The notes: generated by a model from the letters alone, not told the origin. Counted from the stretch's first letter, positions 47,276 through 58,495 are shown. The stretch: DNA of 64,000 bases from Candidatus Lustribacter sp. (GCA_965277805.1 OZ255842.1:1-64000); one strand, 5' to 3'. Numbers and translations are program-made.

Positions 47276-48059
47276 CGCGATTCGCGCGGCCACTCGCTAT
47301 TCGGCGCCCGCCATCGTCGCTATCGTGATGGTCGCACTCTGGTTTATTCTCACGGCCACGGTCTACGCCGGACGCGCCTACTTGGTACCCGGCCCGCTCG
47401 ACGTTGCCGATGCGTTCATAGCTAACGGATCTGCCATCTTTGCAGCGACGCTGATTACGCTGCGTGAGGCGCTGGCCGGCTACCTCGCCGCCATCGTTCT
47501 CGGCGTGTCGATCGCGGCGCTCCTGAGCACCTGGCGGCCACTGGAACGCGGCCTCTACCCGTACGCGGTCTTGCTGCAAACGGTTCCGATCGTAGCCGTC
47601 GCTCCCCTCATCGTCGTATGGTTCGGCTATAACGACCTTTCGGTCATCATCATCAGCCTGATCATGGCGCTGTTTCCGATCATCAATAACACGTTGCTCG
47701 GTCTTCGTTCTACGTCGCGCAATCTGGTCGATTTGTTTGCTATGCACCACAGCGGACCGATCGTCACGTTTACCCAGCTCCGGTTCCCGAGTGCCTTTCC
47801 CCATGTGCTTGCGGGATTACGCATTTCTGCGGGTCTCTCGGTGATCGGTGCGATCATCGGTGAGTTCATCATCGGTTCCGGGAACTCGCGCGGCGGTCTG
47901 GGTGTGCAGATCATCTTTGCTCAAGGGCGGATGTACACGGCGTTACTATTTGCCGAAATCATCTGTGCTACGTTGCTCGGCTTCGCGTTCTTTTCGGTCG
48001 TGACGATCGTCGGGGACCGTTTGCTTTCGCACTGGCATGAATCCGCCGTATCGAATTGA
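47265..48059 (+). CDS. ABC transporter permease (TauC/SsuC-like)
   Basis: QTVPIVAVAPL..WFG, FPI..NT..GL, GLRI....S.IGAI.GEF. Confidence 0.92.
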   Translation: MAVNAIRAATRYSAPAIVAIVMVALWFILTATVYAGRAYLVPGPLDVADAFIANGSAIFAATLITLREALAGYLAAIVLGVSIAALLSTWRPLERGLYPYAVLLQTVPIVAVAPLIVVWFGYNDLSVIIISLIMALFPIINNTLLGLRSTSRNLVDLFAMHHSGPIVTFTQLRFPSAFPHVLAGLRISAGLSVIGAIIGEFIIGSGNSRGGLGVQIIFAQGRMYTALLFAEIICATLLGFAFFSVVTIVGDRLLSHWHESAVSN

Positions 48060-48072
48060 GGGGGGAACCTAC

Positions 48073-49026
48073 ATGAGCCAGAGCATTCCGATCGTCGATC
48101 TTTCGCGATGGCAAAGCGGCGATGAGAATGACCGGGAACGGATCGCGCGCGAGTTCGATCACGCCTGCCGCGAGTGGGGCTTTGCCGTGGTCGCCGGCCA
48201 CGGCGTTCCGCCCGAGCTGATGTCGGAGATCAATCGCGTCAGCAAGGCGTACTTCGACCTTTCGCCGGAGGCGAAGCTGGCGGTCAATACCACCGGCCGG
48301 CAAGGCGGTCGCGGATATTACGCACTCAAGGAAAAATCGCACGCGCGCACCCGCGGCGACGTGACGGCACCGGGCGACCTGCGTGAGTCATTTCGAATGG
48401 GGGACGCGAGCGCACCGAACGTCTGGCCGGAGATGCCCGGCGATATGGGTGAGATTTGGTCGGCGTACTTCGCAGCGCTCAATGGGCTGGGTGTCGATCT
48501 GATGCACGTCGCGGCGCGAGCGCTGGGTCTACCGGATGGATGGTTCGATGACAAGATGGATCGGCCGGCTTCCGTCTTGGCTGCGCAGCATTACCCGGCG
48601 TTGGACGCGGTGCCCGTTCCCGGCCAGTTGCGAAGCGGCGCGCACACCGACTTCGGAAATCTGACGATGCTGCTGACCGAAGATAAACCCGGTGGACTCG
48701 AGATCATGGGGCTCGACGGCCTTTGGCATCCGGTGAAGCCGTTACCCGGCACGTTCATTATCAACATCGGCGACTTGATGGCGCTGTGGACAAACGATCG
48801 CTGGCGCTCGACGCTCCATCGCGTCGTCAATCCCCCGCCGGAAGCCCATGACTCCTCGCGCCGGCTCTCGATCGTTTTCTTCTACGAAGTAAACGACGAT
48901 GCGCTCATTGAGTGTATCTCAACCTGCGTCGATGCCGAGCATCCTGCAAAGTACGTTCCGATCCGTGCCGGAGAGCATATCGCCGCTAAATTGCGAAGTG
49001 TCGAGACCGCCGCGTCGGCACGATAG
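48073..49026 (+). CDS. 2-oxoglutarate/Fe(II) dioxygenase, isopenicillin N synthase family
   Basis: IPIVDLS, ACREWGF..V.GHG, HTDFG.LT.L, NIGD....WTND...STLHRV, RLSI.FF. Confidence 0.92.
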   Translation: MSQSIPIVDLSRWQSGDENDRERIAREFDHACREWGFAVVAGHGVPPELMSEINRVSKAYFDLSPEAKLAVNTTGRQGGRGYYALKEKSHARTRGDVTAPGDLRESFRMGDASAPNVWPEMPGDMGEIWSAYFAALNGLGVDLMHVAARALGLPDGWFDDKMDRPASVLAAQHYPALDAVPVPGQLRSGAHTDFGNLTMLLTEDKPGGLEIMGLDGLWHPVKPLPGTFIINIGDLMALWTNDRWRSTLHRVVNPPPEAHDSSRRLSIVFFYEVNDDALIECISTCVDAEHPAKYVPIRAGEHIAAKLRSVETAASAR

Positions 49027-49069
49027 CGCCGAGCCGCTGCTGGTCGTCGGCGCGATGGCCGGCGGCTGA
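49026..49069 (+). repeat. 44-bp direct repeat, right copy (orphan MoaD/ThiS 3' end)
   Basis: GCGCCGAGCCGCTGCTGGTCGTCGGCGCGATGGCCGGCGGCTGA still encodes [13 protein letters not shown]. Confidence 0.95.
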
Positions 49070-49403
49070 GACGCGGTTAGGGAAAAGGTTCGCGTTCTGC
49101 GATTACGGCAGCATCCAGTACAGAAGCCGGGCTGAAGCGGCAAAGACAGCGTCCCCTGATATCGCCCTGACATCGGAAACCTAATGTTGAGTGCTTCCCA
49201 ATCCCATGTCCGCAGCAGCACCGAACCATCTCACCCAACCAGCTTACCGGGGGATGAAAGGGCTCACGCGAGCTACTCGTCGCGCTGTTTCGCACGATGA
49301 GGTGACGGCTAAGCATTTGGCAAACAGCTTCCGGTTGTCGGATCGATCTCCATCACGTGCATTCTCTCCCGCCGTCATTCTATTGCTTGTTCGCGCAGGC
49401 TAA

Positions 49404-51364
<1,961 letters not shown>

Positions 51365-51373
51365 CCTATACGC

Positions 51374-51799
51374 CTACGCGAAGCTCGCTTTGCTTTCCCC
51401 GACTTCGATGAGGTAGCCGTCAGGATCGCGGAGGTAGCAACACGTCTCGCCGGCCTTGTCCTTCGGCTCCGTGATGAATTCGGCTCCGCGGTCTCGCCAG
51501 AGCTTATAACACGCTTGAATATCAGCAACTCGGATGTTCAAAAAGCTGCTGACCGTATTCAGATCAGCCGGAACGCTGAGGGTGACCGTTGGTTTGTCCG
51601 GGGTCGGGCCGCCGCCGAAATAGAGAATGAGCCACGTATTCGCGATTTGAACGAACGCGGGCAAGCCGCTGTTGTTCCCCCTGGCGACAATGCGGCCATC
51701 GAAGACGGTTTCGTAGAATCGAACCGACCGATCGACGTCTGCCACCGTGAGAAAATGCGCGACGGTAAAGCCGTCGCGCGGCGGTATCTCATACTTCAC
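51374..51799 (-). CDS. VOC/glyoxalase family protein
   Basis: LTVADVDRS..FY, NIRVADI, RDPDGYLIE. Confidence 0.9.
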   Translation of the reverse strand: MKYEIPPRDGFTVAHFLTVADVDRSVRFYETVFDGRIVARGNNSGLPAFVQIANTWLILYFGGGPTPDKPTVTLSVPADLNTVSSFLNIRVADIQACYKLWRDRGAEFITEPKDKAGETCCYLRDPDGYLIEVGESKASFA

Positions 51800-52242
51800 T
51801 AACCGTACGTTACCCCCGGATAGCTTTGTCCGACCTCGATGATGTAACCGTCAGGATCGCGGATATAGCAACGTGTCTCGCCCACCTTGGGCTTGGGCTC
51901 GGTGATGAACTCGGCTCCTCGGCTCCGCCAGAGTTCATAACACGCTGCAATATCCGCAACGCGGATATTCATAAAGCTGCTGACTTTGTCGGGATCGGGC
52001 GGTACGCTCAGCGTTACGGTCGGTTTATCGGGAGTTGGGCCACCCCCGACGTTGACGATGAGCCACGTGTTCGCGATCTGGATGTATCCAGGGTCACCTG
52101 TGCTCAGAATGCGCCCGCCAAAGATTTTTTCATACCATCGCAACGACCGCTCGATGTCGGCGACCGTTAAAAAGTGCGCGACGGTGATGCCCTCGGGCGG
52201 CGGCATCTCGTAGGTTTTATGTTCGACTTGTACGTTGTTCAC
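51799..52242 (-). CDS. VOC/glyoxalase family protein (tandem paralogue); GTG start 52242 after GGAG
   Basis: LTVADIERS..WY, NIRVADI, RDPDGYIIE; highly similar to its neighbour. Confidence 0.88.
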   Translation of the reverse strand: MNNVQVEHKTYEMPPPEGITVAHFLTVADIERSLRWYEKIFGGRILSTGDPGYIQIANTWLIVNVGGGPTPDKPTVTLSVPPDPDKVSSFMNIRVADIAACYELWRSRGAEFITEPKPKVGETRCYIRDPDGYIIEVGQSYPGVTYG

Positions 52243-52283
52243 TTGACCACTCCAATTCAGATAGAGAGCAATTGTTGCGAAAT

Positions 52284-53189
52284 TCACGGGACGAGCAGGA
52301 CCTTTCCGATGCCGCCTTTGGTAAACGCGGCCTGCGCGGCGCCCGCGTTCTCCAGCGCGTCTCGGCGACCGATCGGGATGCTCATCTTGCCCGCGTCGAC
52401 GGCATCGGCGATGAAGGCAATTCCCGCTCGGTCTTGCTTCGAGCGGAACGAGACGACGCGGACGTTCGGATAATCCCTGCTGCCGTCGGGCGCGCCCGTC
52501 ACGGAGGCAAACGTTCCCCCGTCCTTGACTTTCGCGAGAAGATCCGTCGCCGATGTACCGCGCAGTGTGTTGGCGACCACGTCGACTTGCGGAATGGCGG
52601 CGAAGGCGGCCGCGTCGTCGAGCGCAATCGTTTCGTCAGCGCCGATACTCGCCGCTTGATCGAGTTGAAAACGCCGGACGCCGGCGATCACGTGGGCGCC
52701 GAACGACTTCGCCATGAAGACCGCACATCGTCCGACGGCGCCCGCCGCACCGGAGACCAGCACCGTCTGGCCGCGTTGCAAACCGCTGGCGACGGAAATC
52801 AATTGGCTGCCCGTAAGGCCCACGATGGGAAGTGCGGCCGCGTCGACCAGGTCCATCGTCTCCGGCACCTTGGCGAAAAAAGTCGCTTTGTCGGCAACGA
52901 GCTCCGCATACGTATGATACGACCACCCGCAGACGCGATCGCCCGCCATGAGGTCGGTAACGCCGTCGCCGGTCGCGATCACCGTTCCCGACACGTCGAG
53001 GCCGATGATCGCCGGAAACCGCAACTGCCAACCCTCGACTTGATCGTTGCGCTCCTGGATGTCTTCAGGATTGATACCGATGCCGGCCACCCGGATCAGC
53101 ACGTCGCCCGCGCCCGGCACGGGATCCGGCATGTCCTGATATTTCATGACTTCCGGGCCGCCGTACGCGGTCACCACCGATGCTTTCAC
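52284..53189 (-). CDS. NADP-dependent quinone oxidoreductase-like (MDR) protein
   Basis: YGGPEV, P.PGAGDVLIRV, G.DVSG.V, AAALP.VGLT, GAAGAVG, GKVLL; GTG start 53189. Confidence 0.88.
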   Translation of the reverse strand: MKASVVTAYGGPEVMKYQDMPDPVPGAGDVLIRVAGIGINPEDIQERNDQVEGWQLRFPAIIGLDVSGTVIATGDGVTDLMAGDRVCGWSYHTYAELVADKATFFAKVPETMDLVDAAALPIVGLTGSQLISVASGLQRGQTVLVSGAAGAVGRCAVFMAKSFGAHVIAGVRRFQLDQAASIGADETIALDDAAAFAAIPQVDVVANTLRGTSATDLLAKVKDGGTFASVTGAPDGSRDYPNVRVVSFRSKQDRAGIAFIADAVDAGKMSIPIGRRDALENAGAAQAAFTKGGIGKVLLVP

Positions 53190-53196
53190 GATATGT

Positions 53197-54540
53197 TCAG
53201 CGCAGCGGCTTGAAAGCGGCGCGCAGATCGGCTGCGAGGAGCTGCGGCTGTTCCCAGGCCGCAAAGTGTCCGCCGACGTCGTGCTTCTTGTAGAAGATGA
53301 GCTTGCCGTATGCGCTCTCCGCCCAACTCCGTGGGCACTGGTAGAGCTCATGAGGAAACGCGCTTACGGCAACCGGGATCGTGATGCCTCTGGCATCGAA
53401 AAATGCACCCTTGTTTTCCCAATACAGACGCCCCGAAGAAACGCCGGTGTTCGTCAGCCAATAGAGCGAGCAGTTTTCGAGAACGTCTTCGCGCGAGAGG
53501 CCGCTCGGATGCCCCGCAAAGGCACCGGCGATGAGCTCGTAGCTGTCCTTATCGTGATCCAGCATCCACGCCGCCAGACCGGCCGGCGAATCCGCAATCC
53601 CGTACAGCGTTTGCGGACGTTTCGTCATTTCAACTGCGTAGGCCGTGTGGTTGGCAAAGAAGTCCACGAGCTGGCGATACGCATGGAGCTCGTCGGCCGA
53701 GAGGCCGGCCGGCGGTGGCGTGCCGGCTTGAACGCCCTTCGAAATGTCGGGCTGGAGAGCAGCCGGCATGTTCGTGTGAATGCCGAGCAACCCCGGCGGA
53801 GTGAGTCGTGCCATGTCCTCGGTGACCGCGTTGCCCCAGTCGCCGCCTTGCGCTACATAGCGCGTGTATCCGAGGCGCTTCATCAGCTCGACCCATGCGC
53901 GCGCGATGCGCGGCGGGTCCCAGCCGCCTTTCGCAGGTTTCGCCGAGAAGCCGTAACCGGGCAAGGACGGAATGACGACATCGAACGCATCCGCTGCCGT
54001 CCCGCCGTGCGCGGTCGGATTCGTCAGCGGATCGATGATCTTCAACTGCTCGATGATCGAACCCGGCCATCCGTGTGTAACGATGATCGGCAACGCGTTC
54101 TTATGCTTCGAACGCACGTGGATGAAGTGGATGCTCAAGCCGTCGATCTCGGTCTTGAATTGGGGTAGTGCGTTCAGCCGTGCCTCGACGTTACGCCAGT
54201 CGTAGGTCTTCCAATGTTGCACGACCGCTTGCGCGGTTGCCAGCTGTACGCCTTGTGTTTGATCCGGAACGGTTTCGCGATCGGGCCACCGCGTCGCATG
54301 TAAGCGTGCACGCAAGTCGCTGAGAGCTTCATCCGGAAAATTGATTCGGAACGGGTGAACTGCGATCGTCGCGGAGCTGGAGGCTGTATTTTGCGCCATC
54401 TCGGTTTGGGTCATGATGGTGTCCTCGTGTGCAGCTTGAGCTAAAGAAGGGACGGCGCTCACAAGTAACACGGACGCACCCGCAAGGAGCATGTCTCGCC
54501 TCGTTGGGGCCGCGTAAGAGTTCTTCATCGTTATTGACAT
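53197..54540 (-). CDS. epoxide hydrolase (EHN domain) with Tat leader
   Basis: TRRDML Tat motif, HGWPGS, PSLPGYGFS, QGGDWG, GGHFAAWEQP. Confidence 0.92.
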   Translation of the reverse strand: MSITMKNSYAAPTRRDMLLAGASVLLVSAVPSLAQAAHEDTIMTQTEMAQNTASSSATIAVHPFRINFPDEALSDLRARLHATRWPDRETVPDQTQGVQLATAQAVVQHWKTYDWRNVEARLNALPQFKTEIDGLSIHFIHVRSKHKNALPIIVTHGWPGSIIEQLKIIDPLTNPTAHGGTAADAFDVVIPSLPGYGFSAKPAKGGWDPPRIARAWVELMKRLGYTRYVAQGGDWGNAVTEDMARLTPPGLLGIHTNMPAALQPDISKGVQAGTPPPAGLSADELHAYRQLVDFFANHTAYAVEMTKRPQTLYGIADSPAGLAAWMLDHDKDSYELIAGAFAGHPSGLSREDVLENCSLYWLTNTGVSSGRLYWENKGAFFDARGITIPVAVSAFPHELYQCPRSWAESAYGKLIFYKKHDVGGHFAAWEQPQLLAADLRAAFKPLR

Positions 54541-54560
54541 CGTGCCGAACTTCGATCGGC

Positions 54561-54629
54561 CCAGGGAGTAACTGAGAAAACCTCTTCGATTAAAACAAGC
54601 CTGCGGAGGAAGTAGCGGTTACTCCCTGG
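54561..54629. promoter_or_regulatory. 12-bp perfect inverted repeat in a divergent promoter (putative regulator sites)
   Basis: CCAGGGAGTAAC (54561-54572) / GTTACTCCCTGG (54618-54629). Confidence 0.6.
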
Positions 54630-54701
54630 CGCCTTTATCGATGACTACGATCTGTTCACGAGACTAGTATCTCTATTTGCCTTTTCAGAGGAGCGCATCG
54701 A

Positions 54702-55022
54702 ATGCACAAGCTGATTCTTGTTACGGCCATCGCAGCGGCGATCGGCTTACCGTCGATCGCGACGGCGCAAACCACCTCGACCGCGGGATCGATCATCTGC
54801 CGGCCGGTCGCGACCGGCGAAACCGCGAACGGCACCATTCAAAATTCGCAATTTCTGTGCAAACCCGTCAACATGGATCGCGTTCACAAGGCGATGACGG
54901 ATGCGATGACGGGCCTGTCTCCGGATCAACAGGCAAAATTGCAGCAGGCAATGTCCGTGCTTCAGTACGAGCTGCAGATCGAAAGCCACTACCCGGGCTT
55001 CAACGGCAACCCCAACAACTAA
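54702..55022 (+). CDS. small secreted hypothetical protein (two Cys)
   Basis: AGGAG RBS; signal peptide MHKLILVTAIAAAIGLPSIATA. Confidence 0.7.
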   Translation: MHKLILVTAIAAAIGLPSIATAQTTSTAGSIICRPVATGETANGTIQNSQFLCKPVNMDRVHKAMTDAMTGLSPDQQAKLQQAMSVLQYELQIESHYPGFNGNPNN

Positions 55023-55032
55023 ACTTCTCGAC

Positions 55033-55092
55033 TCCGGCTAACGAAAACAAGCAGCGGTACTAAAGTGACCGCTGCTTTTTTTCGTTACCGGA
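55033..55092. terminator. bidirectional Rho-independent terminator
   Basis: Stem AAGCAGCGGT / ACCGCTGCTT flanked by an A-rich tract and a T7 run, between convergent genes. Confidence 0.8.
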
Positions 55093-55096
55093 TCGT

Positions 55097-56131
55097 TCAG
55101 GAAAAATGGTCTACGTCGAGTATTGCCTGGGCAAATGCCCGCGGAGCCTCTTGCGGGAGATTGTGCCCGATGCCGCCCTTGATGATCCGGCTCTCATACT
55201 TGCCGGAGAATTTGGCGGCATAGGCGCTCGGATCCGAATGCGGAGCACCATTGGCATCACCCTCGAGCGTAATGGCCGGCACGGTGATCACGGGACCGGC
55301 GGCCAGCCGCTTTTCCAGATCGTCATATTTGGACTCACCCTCGGCCAGGCCCATGCGCCAACGGTAGTTATGAATGACGATGTCGACATGATCGGGATTG
55401 TTGAACGACGCTGCGCTGCGCTCGAACGTTGCCGCATCGAATTGCCACTTCGGTGAAGCCAGGCGCCAGATGAGTTGCGCGAAATCATGTCGATTTTCCG
55501 CATATCCGACGCGGCCGCGCGGTGTGGCGAAGTAGAACTGGTACCACCACTGAAGTTCAGCCTTGGGCGGCAGTGGTACCTTGCCGGCCTCCTGATTCCC
55601 GATAAGATACCCGCTCACCGCAACCAGTGCCTTACAGCGCTCCGGCCACAACGCCGCCACGATGCCGGCGCTGCGGGCGCCCCAATCAAAGCCGCCGATC
55701 ACGGCCTTCTGTATTTTGAGCGCATCCATCAACGCGATGACGTCGAGTGCGACCACGGCTTGCTGGCCGTTGCGTGGGGTCGTACTCGAAAGAAAGCGCG
55801 TGGTGCCGTACCCACGTATGAATGGGACGATGACGCGATAGCGGGCTGCCGCCAATATCGGAGCCACGTCGGCGAAGCTGTGGATGTCGTATGGCCAGCC
55901 GTGAAGGAGAATGACTGCCGGCCCATCCGACGGCCCCGCTTCGGCATATCCGACGCGCAGGGTGCCGGCATCGATCTGCTTTAGCGGCCCGAATGAGCTA
56001 TGCGTCGCCACAGATTGCGCATCCGCAGAACCGATCGTGGCGAGATGGGCAGCGGCCAATGTGGTGGCAGCCGTTCCCAAAAAGAGACCGCGAGGATAGG
56101 TGTTTGCAGTGGACTCATCAATGGTGCTCAT
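55097..56131 (-). CDS. alpha/beta hydrolase (epoxide hydrolase-like)
   Basis: LLHGWPYD, RGYG, GFDWG, WYQFYF, GHNLPQEAP; start MSTI at 56131 preceded by TATGAT-N7. Confidence 0.9.
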   Translation of the reverse strand: MSTIDESTANTYPRGLFLGTAATTLAAAHLATIGSADAQSVATHSSFGPLKQIDAGTLRVGYAEAGPSDGPAVILLHGWPYDIHSFADVAPILAAARYRVIVPFIRGYGTTRFLSSTTPRNGQQAVVALDVIALMDALKIQKAVIGGFDWGARSAGIVAALWPERCKALVAVSGYLIGNQEAGKVPLPPKAELQWWYQFYFATPRGRVGYAENRHDFAQLIWRLASPKWQFDAATFERSAASFNNPDHVDIVIHNYRWRMGLAEGESKYDDLEKRLAAGPVITVPAITLEGDANGAPHSDPSAYAAKFSGKYESRIIKGGIGHNLPQEAPRAFAQAILDVDHFS

Positions 56132-56250
56132 AGTACGGATCATAGGGCGCTGCGCCGAGCGCTAAGAGTAAGTCACAGTATCCCTAAAGTCGAAAAAAGG
56201 GAAGTGACTCTTACTCGTATCGGTGGTCATCAGGCTGCTACCGTTCGGAT

Positions 56251-57015
56251 ATGGAAACGCTTTGCCACACTCGCGAAGAAATCGAGCACCTTTCGAATGC
56301 GCCTTCAGCGGCGCTTGAGTTTGTCCGGCTCGCTTATGCGGGCCGGCGCTCCACCGATTACCGCAAGCGCGGCGGCGACTTCATCACCTATGATTTCGGC
56401 GCCGGCCGTCTCACTCTGACGATCGGTGACGCGTCGGCAAAGCAGACACAAGGACTGCGGATTGCCCGAATTCTTCGGCGAAGCTTCCGGACTTCGTTAT
56501 GGATGACGAGTCCAAGCCGAATTCTCGGCGCGATGTCCGATACGCTGATGGAAGAGGCGGGACTTGTCCCACCATCGCCGTCGTTCGCCGCTGTGCTCGT
56601 CGCTACGATCGATCTCGAGTGGGGCGTGCTGAGCTATGCCGCTGCGGGGGTCGAAGGTGGGCTCGTGTTCGGGGAACCGGCGCCGCACGTGCACCTCGGG
56701 CCGACTGGACCATTGCTCGGAATCGAACGGCATCCGGCCTATGAAGAACGATCGATGCGCTTCTTGCCCGGCGACACACTGGTCACGTACACGGACGGCG
56801 TCACCGAAGCGCCGGCCGCAACAGCCGACGGCCATCTCGGCTCGTCCGGCCTCCTGCGATCGATGCGACGGGTCCAACAGGCCGGAGAATTGAGCATTCG
56901 CGCGCTCTGGAAAGAAATCGGTCAAGTTACCGGCCGCGTATATCACGACGACGCGACCCTCGCGATCGTGACGACGCCGCAAGTGCCGGCGCGAGACCGA
57001 TGGCCGTCGCGCTAG
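56251..57015 (+). CDS. stand-alone PP2C/SpoIIE (RsbU-like) phosphatase
   Basis: GGDF, IGDAS, GPLLG, GDTLV.YTDGVTE, DDATL motifs; no sensor domain. Confidence 0.82.
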   Translation: METLCHTREEIEHLSNAPSAALEFVRLAYAGRRSTDYRKRGGDFITYDFGAGRLTLTIGDASAKQTQGLRIARILRRSFRTSLWMTSPSRILGAMSDTLMEEAGLVPPSPSFAAVLVATIDLEWGVLSYAAAGVEGGLVFGEPAPHVHLGPTGPLLGIERHPAYEERSMRFLPGDTLVTYTDGVTEAPAATADGHLGSSGLLRSMRRVQQAGELSIRALWKEIGQVTGRVYHDDATLAIVTTPQVPARDRWPSR

Positions 57016-57401
57016 CGCTCCGGCATCGCGCAGGCGTCGAAGTCGCTCAGGAGCAGGTACATCTCGGGCAGCGACAGCCGGATGAGGAAGATTCGCTGTG
57101 CCAGCGTGAGGCGAAGCACTTCGGCCAAGCGAGCGATGAATTGCGGCGACACGCGGGCCGCCCGTCCACTCTCGAAGGCGCGATACCAGTAGTCGCTAAC
57201 CCCGGCGAGCTCGGCCACTTCGCCGCGCCGTAAGCCCCGAACACGGCGCCGTGACCCGCGTGGTAAGCCGAATTCCCTTGGTTCGAGCCGATCTCGGCAC
57301 TGTATAAGGAATGCGCGAAGTTCGCGACGCCGGTCGATGTCATCCCTCAATTCAGAATACCGGCTCGATTGCGTATCTGCTTGTAGCACGGTCAACTCCA
57401 T
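57012..57401 (-). CDS. short MmyB-type HTH protein lacking a ligand-binding domain
   Basis: RRELRAFL...R.RLEP.EFGLP...RRRVRGLRRGEVAELAGVS..WY..FESGR; ends ~20 aa after the HTH. Confidence 0.82.
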   Translation of the reverse strand: MELTVLQADTQSSRYSELRDDIDRRRELRAFLIQCRDRLEPREFGLPRGSRRRVRGLRRGEVAELAGVSDYWYRAFESGRAARVSPQFIARLAEVLRLTLAQRIFLIRLSLPEMYLLLSDFDACAMPER

Positions 57402-57565
57402 TTTTTAAGCGATGCTGTCACGCCAAACTACACGAAGGGCCGAGCGCAAAACAGAAAATGCCGATGGGGGGCACTGTGAGTTATCCGTAGGAGACCAAGG
57501 CAAGCGTCCGGTTAGCTAATCTGTTCTTGGAAGCAACGCCCCGCAGAGGTATACTATGCGTCCAT

Positions 57566-58063
57566 ATGTCTCACGTGTACCGCGTGCAACTGCGGAGTTT
57601 CTTGTCGGCCGCGCGCGCGCGTCTGCGGCCGCAGGACGTCGGTCTTCCGGCAACTGGCAACAGACGCGTGCCAGGGCTGCGACGCGAAGAGGTCGCCGAG
57701 CTGGTCGGAGTTACGCCGAACTGGTACACCGCTTTCGAAAAGGGCACTAGCGACCGCAACTTCTCGCCGGCGTTTGTTGGGCGCGTCGCCGAGGCACTGC
57801 GTCTCGAGGAGAGCGAGCGCGTCCAACTATTGCGGCTTGCGTTACCCGAAGTCGCAGCAGCTGCATCCCACTTCGAGAACATGTTGGCCTCCGCCGAAAC
57901 CTTGCTGCGGGAAGCGCGAGCGATCGCCGGCCGCGCACTCGCTCGGAGCATTTGTCTGCGTCTCATCTCCGATGAGTCAGTGCGCCAGGTGCGAGCTGCC
58001 GGCGGCCGCGCCCTAGCCTCAGCGATCTGCCGGCAAGTCGCGGCGCGGCTGCGCGTCCGCTAG
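57566..58063 (+). CDS. MmyB-type HTH protein with a short repetitive C-terminal tail
   Basis: LRSFL..ARARLRPQDVGLP..GNRRVPGLRREEVAELVGV..WY..FEKG. Confidence 0.82.
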   Translation: MSHVYRVQLRSFLSAARARLRPQDVGLPATGNRRVPGLRREEVAELVGVTPNWYTAFEKGTSDRNFSPAFVGRVAEALRLEESERVQLLRLALPEVAAAASHFENMLASAETLLREARAIAGRALARSICLRLISDESVRQVRAAGGRALASAICRQVAARLRVR

Positions 58064-58069
58064 GACGAC

Positions 58070-58495
58070 GTGCAGGGCTTGATAACGCACGACGACTGTG
58101 TACTGGTCCAGGCAAGTTTCGCACAACTCGAGCCCGCCGCAGACGATATCGCCGCCACGTTTTATGCGCGGCTCTTTGAACTGAGCCCGGATTTGGCCCC
58201 ACTTTTCAAGACGGAGATGAAAATCCAACGGGAAAAGTTCATCGAGAAGCTCGCTGTCGCCGTGATGGGCCTAGAAGATCTCGATTCGATCGCGCCCCTC
58301 GTTCAAAAACTCGGACGCGGGCACGCCGAATACGGCGTAGAGCCCACGCACTATGCGACGGCACGCGAAGCATTGCTCTCGGCACTGAGTGATCACTTCG
58401 GGCCAGCCTTTCACGCGGAATTGCGCAGGGCATGGGGCGCCGCGTTCGACGCCATCTCAAATGAGATGATTCGTGCCACCGACGATCGGGTTTAG
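58070..58495 (+). CDS. single-domain globin (Vgb/flavohaemoglobin globin-domain-like)
   Basis: LVQASF, FYARLFE..P....LF, Q..K, LGRGH..YGV...HY, AW; 141 aa with no reductase domain. Confidence 0.9.
   Translation: MQGLITHDDCVLVQASFAQLEPAADDIAATFYARLFELSPDLAPLFKTEMKIQREKFIEKLAVAVMGLEDLDSIAPLVQKLGRGHAEYGVEPTHYATAREALLSALSDHFGPAFHAELRRAWGAAFDAISNEMIRATDDRV

Larger units (their letters stand above)
43249..49069. mobile_element. putative integrated cassette (genomic islet) bounded by direct repeats, with no recombinase inside
   Basis: The 44-bp repeats closely enclose a self-contained regulator plus five-gene operon. Confidence 0.55.

Noticed and set aside
49267-49278. 12-mer CGCGAGCTACTC identical to 58936-58947
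   Set aside because: A single half-site with no matching inverted arm at the expected spacing; a 12-bp match can arise by chance in 64 kb of GC-rich DNA.
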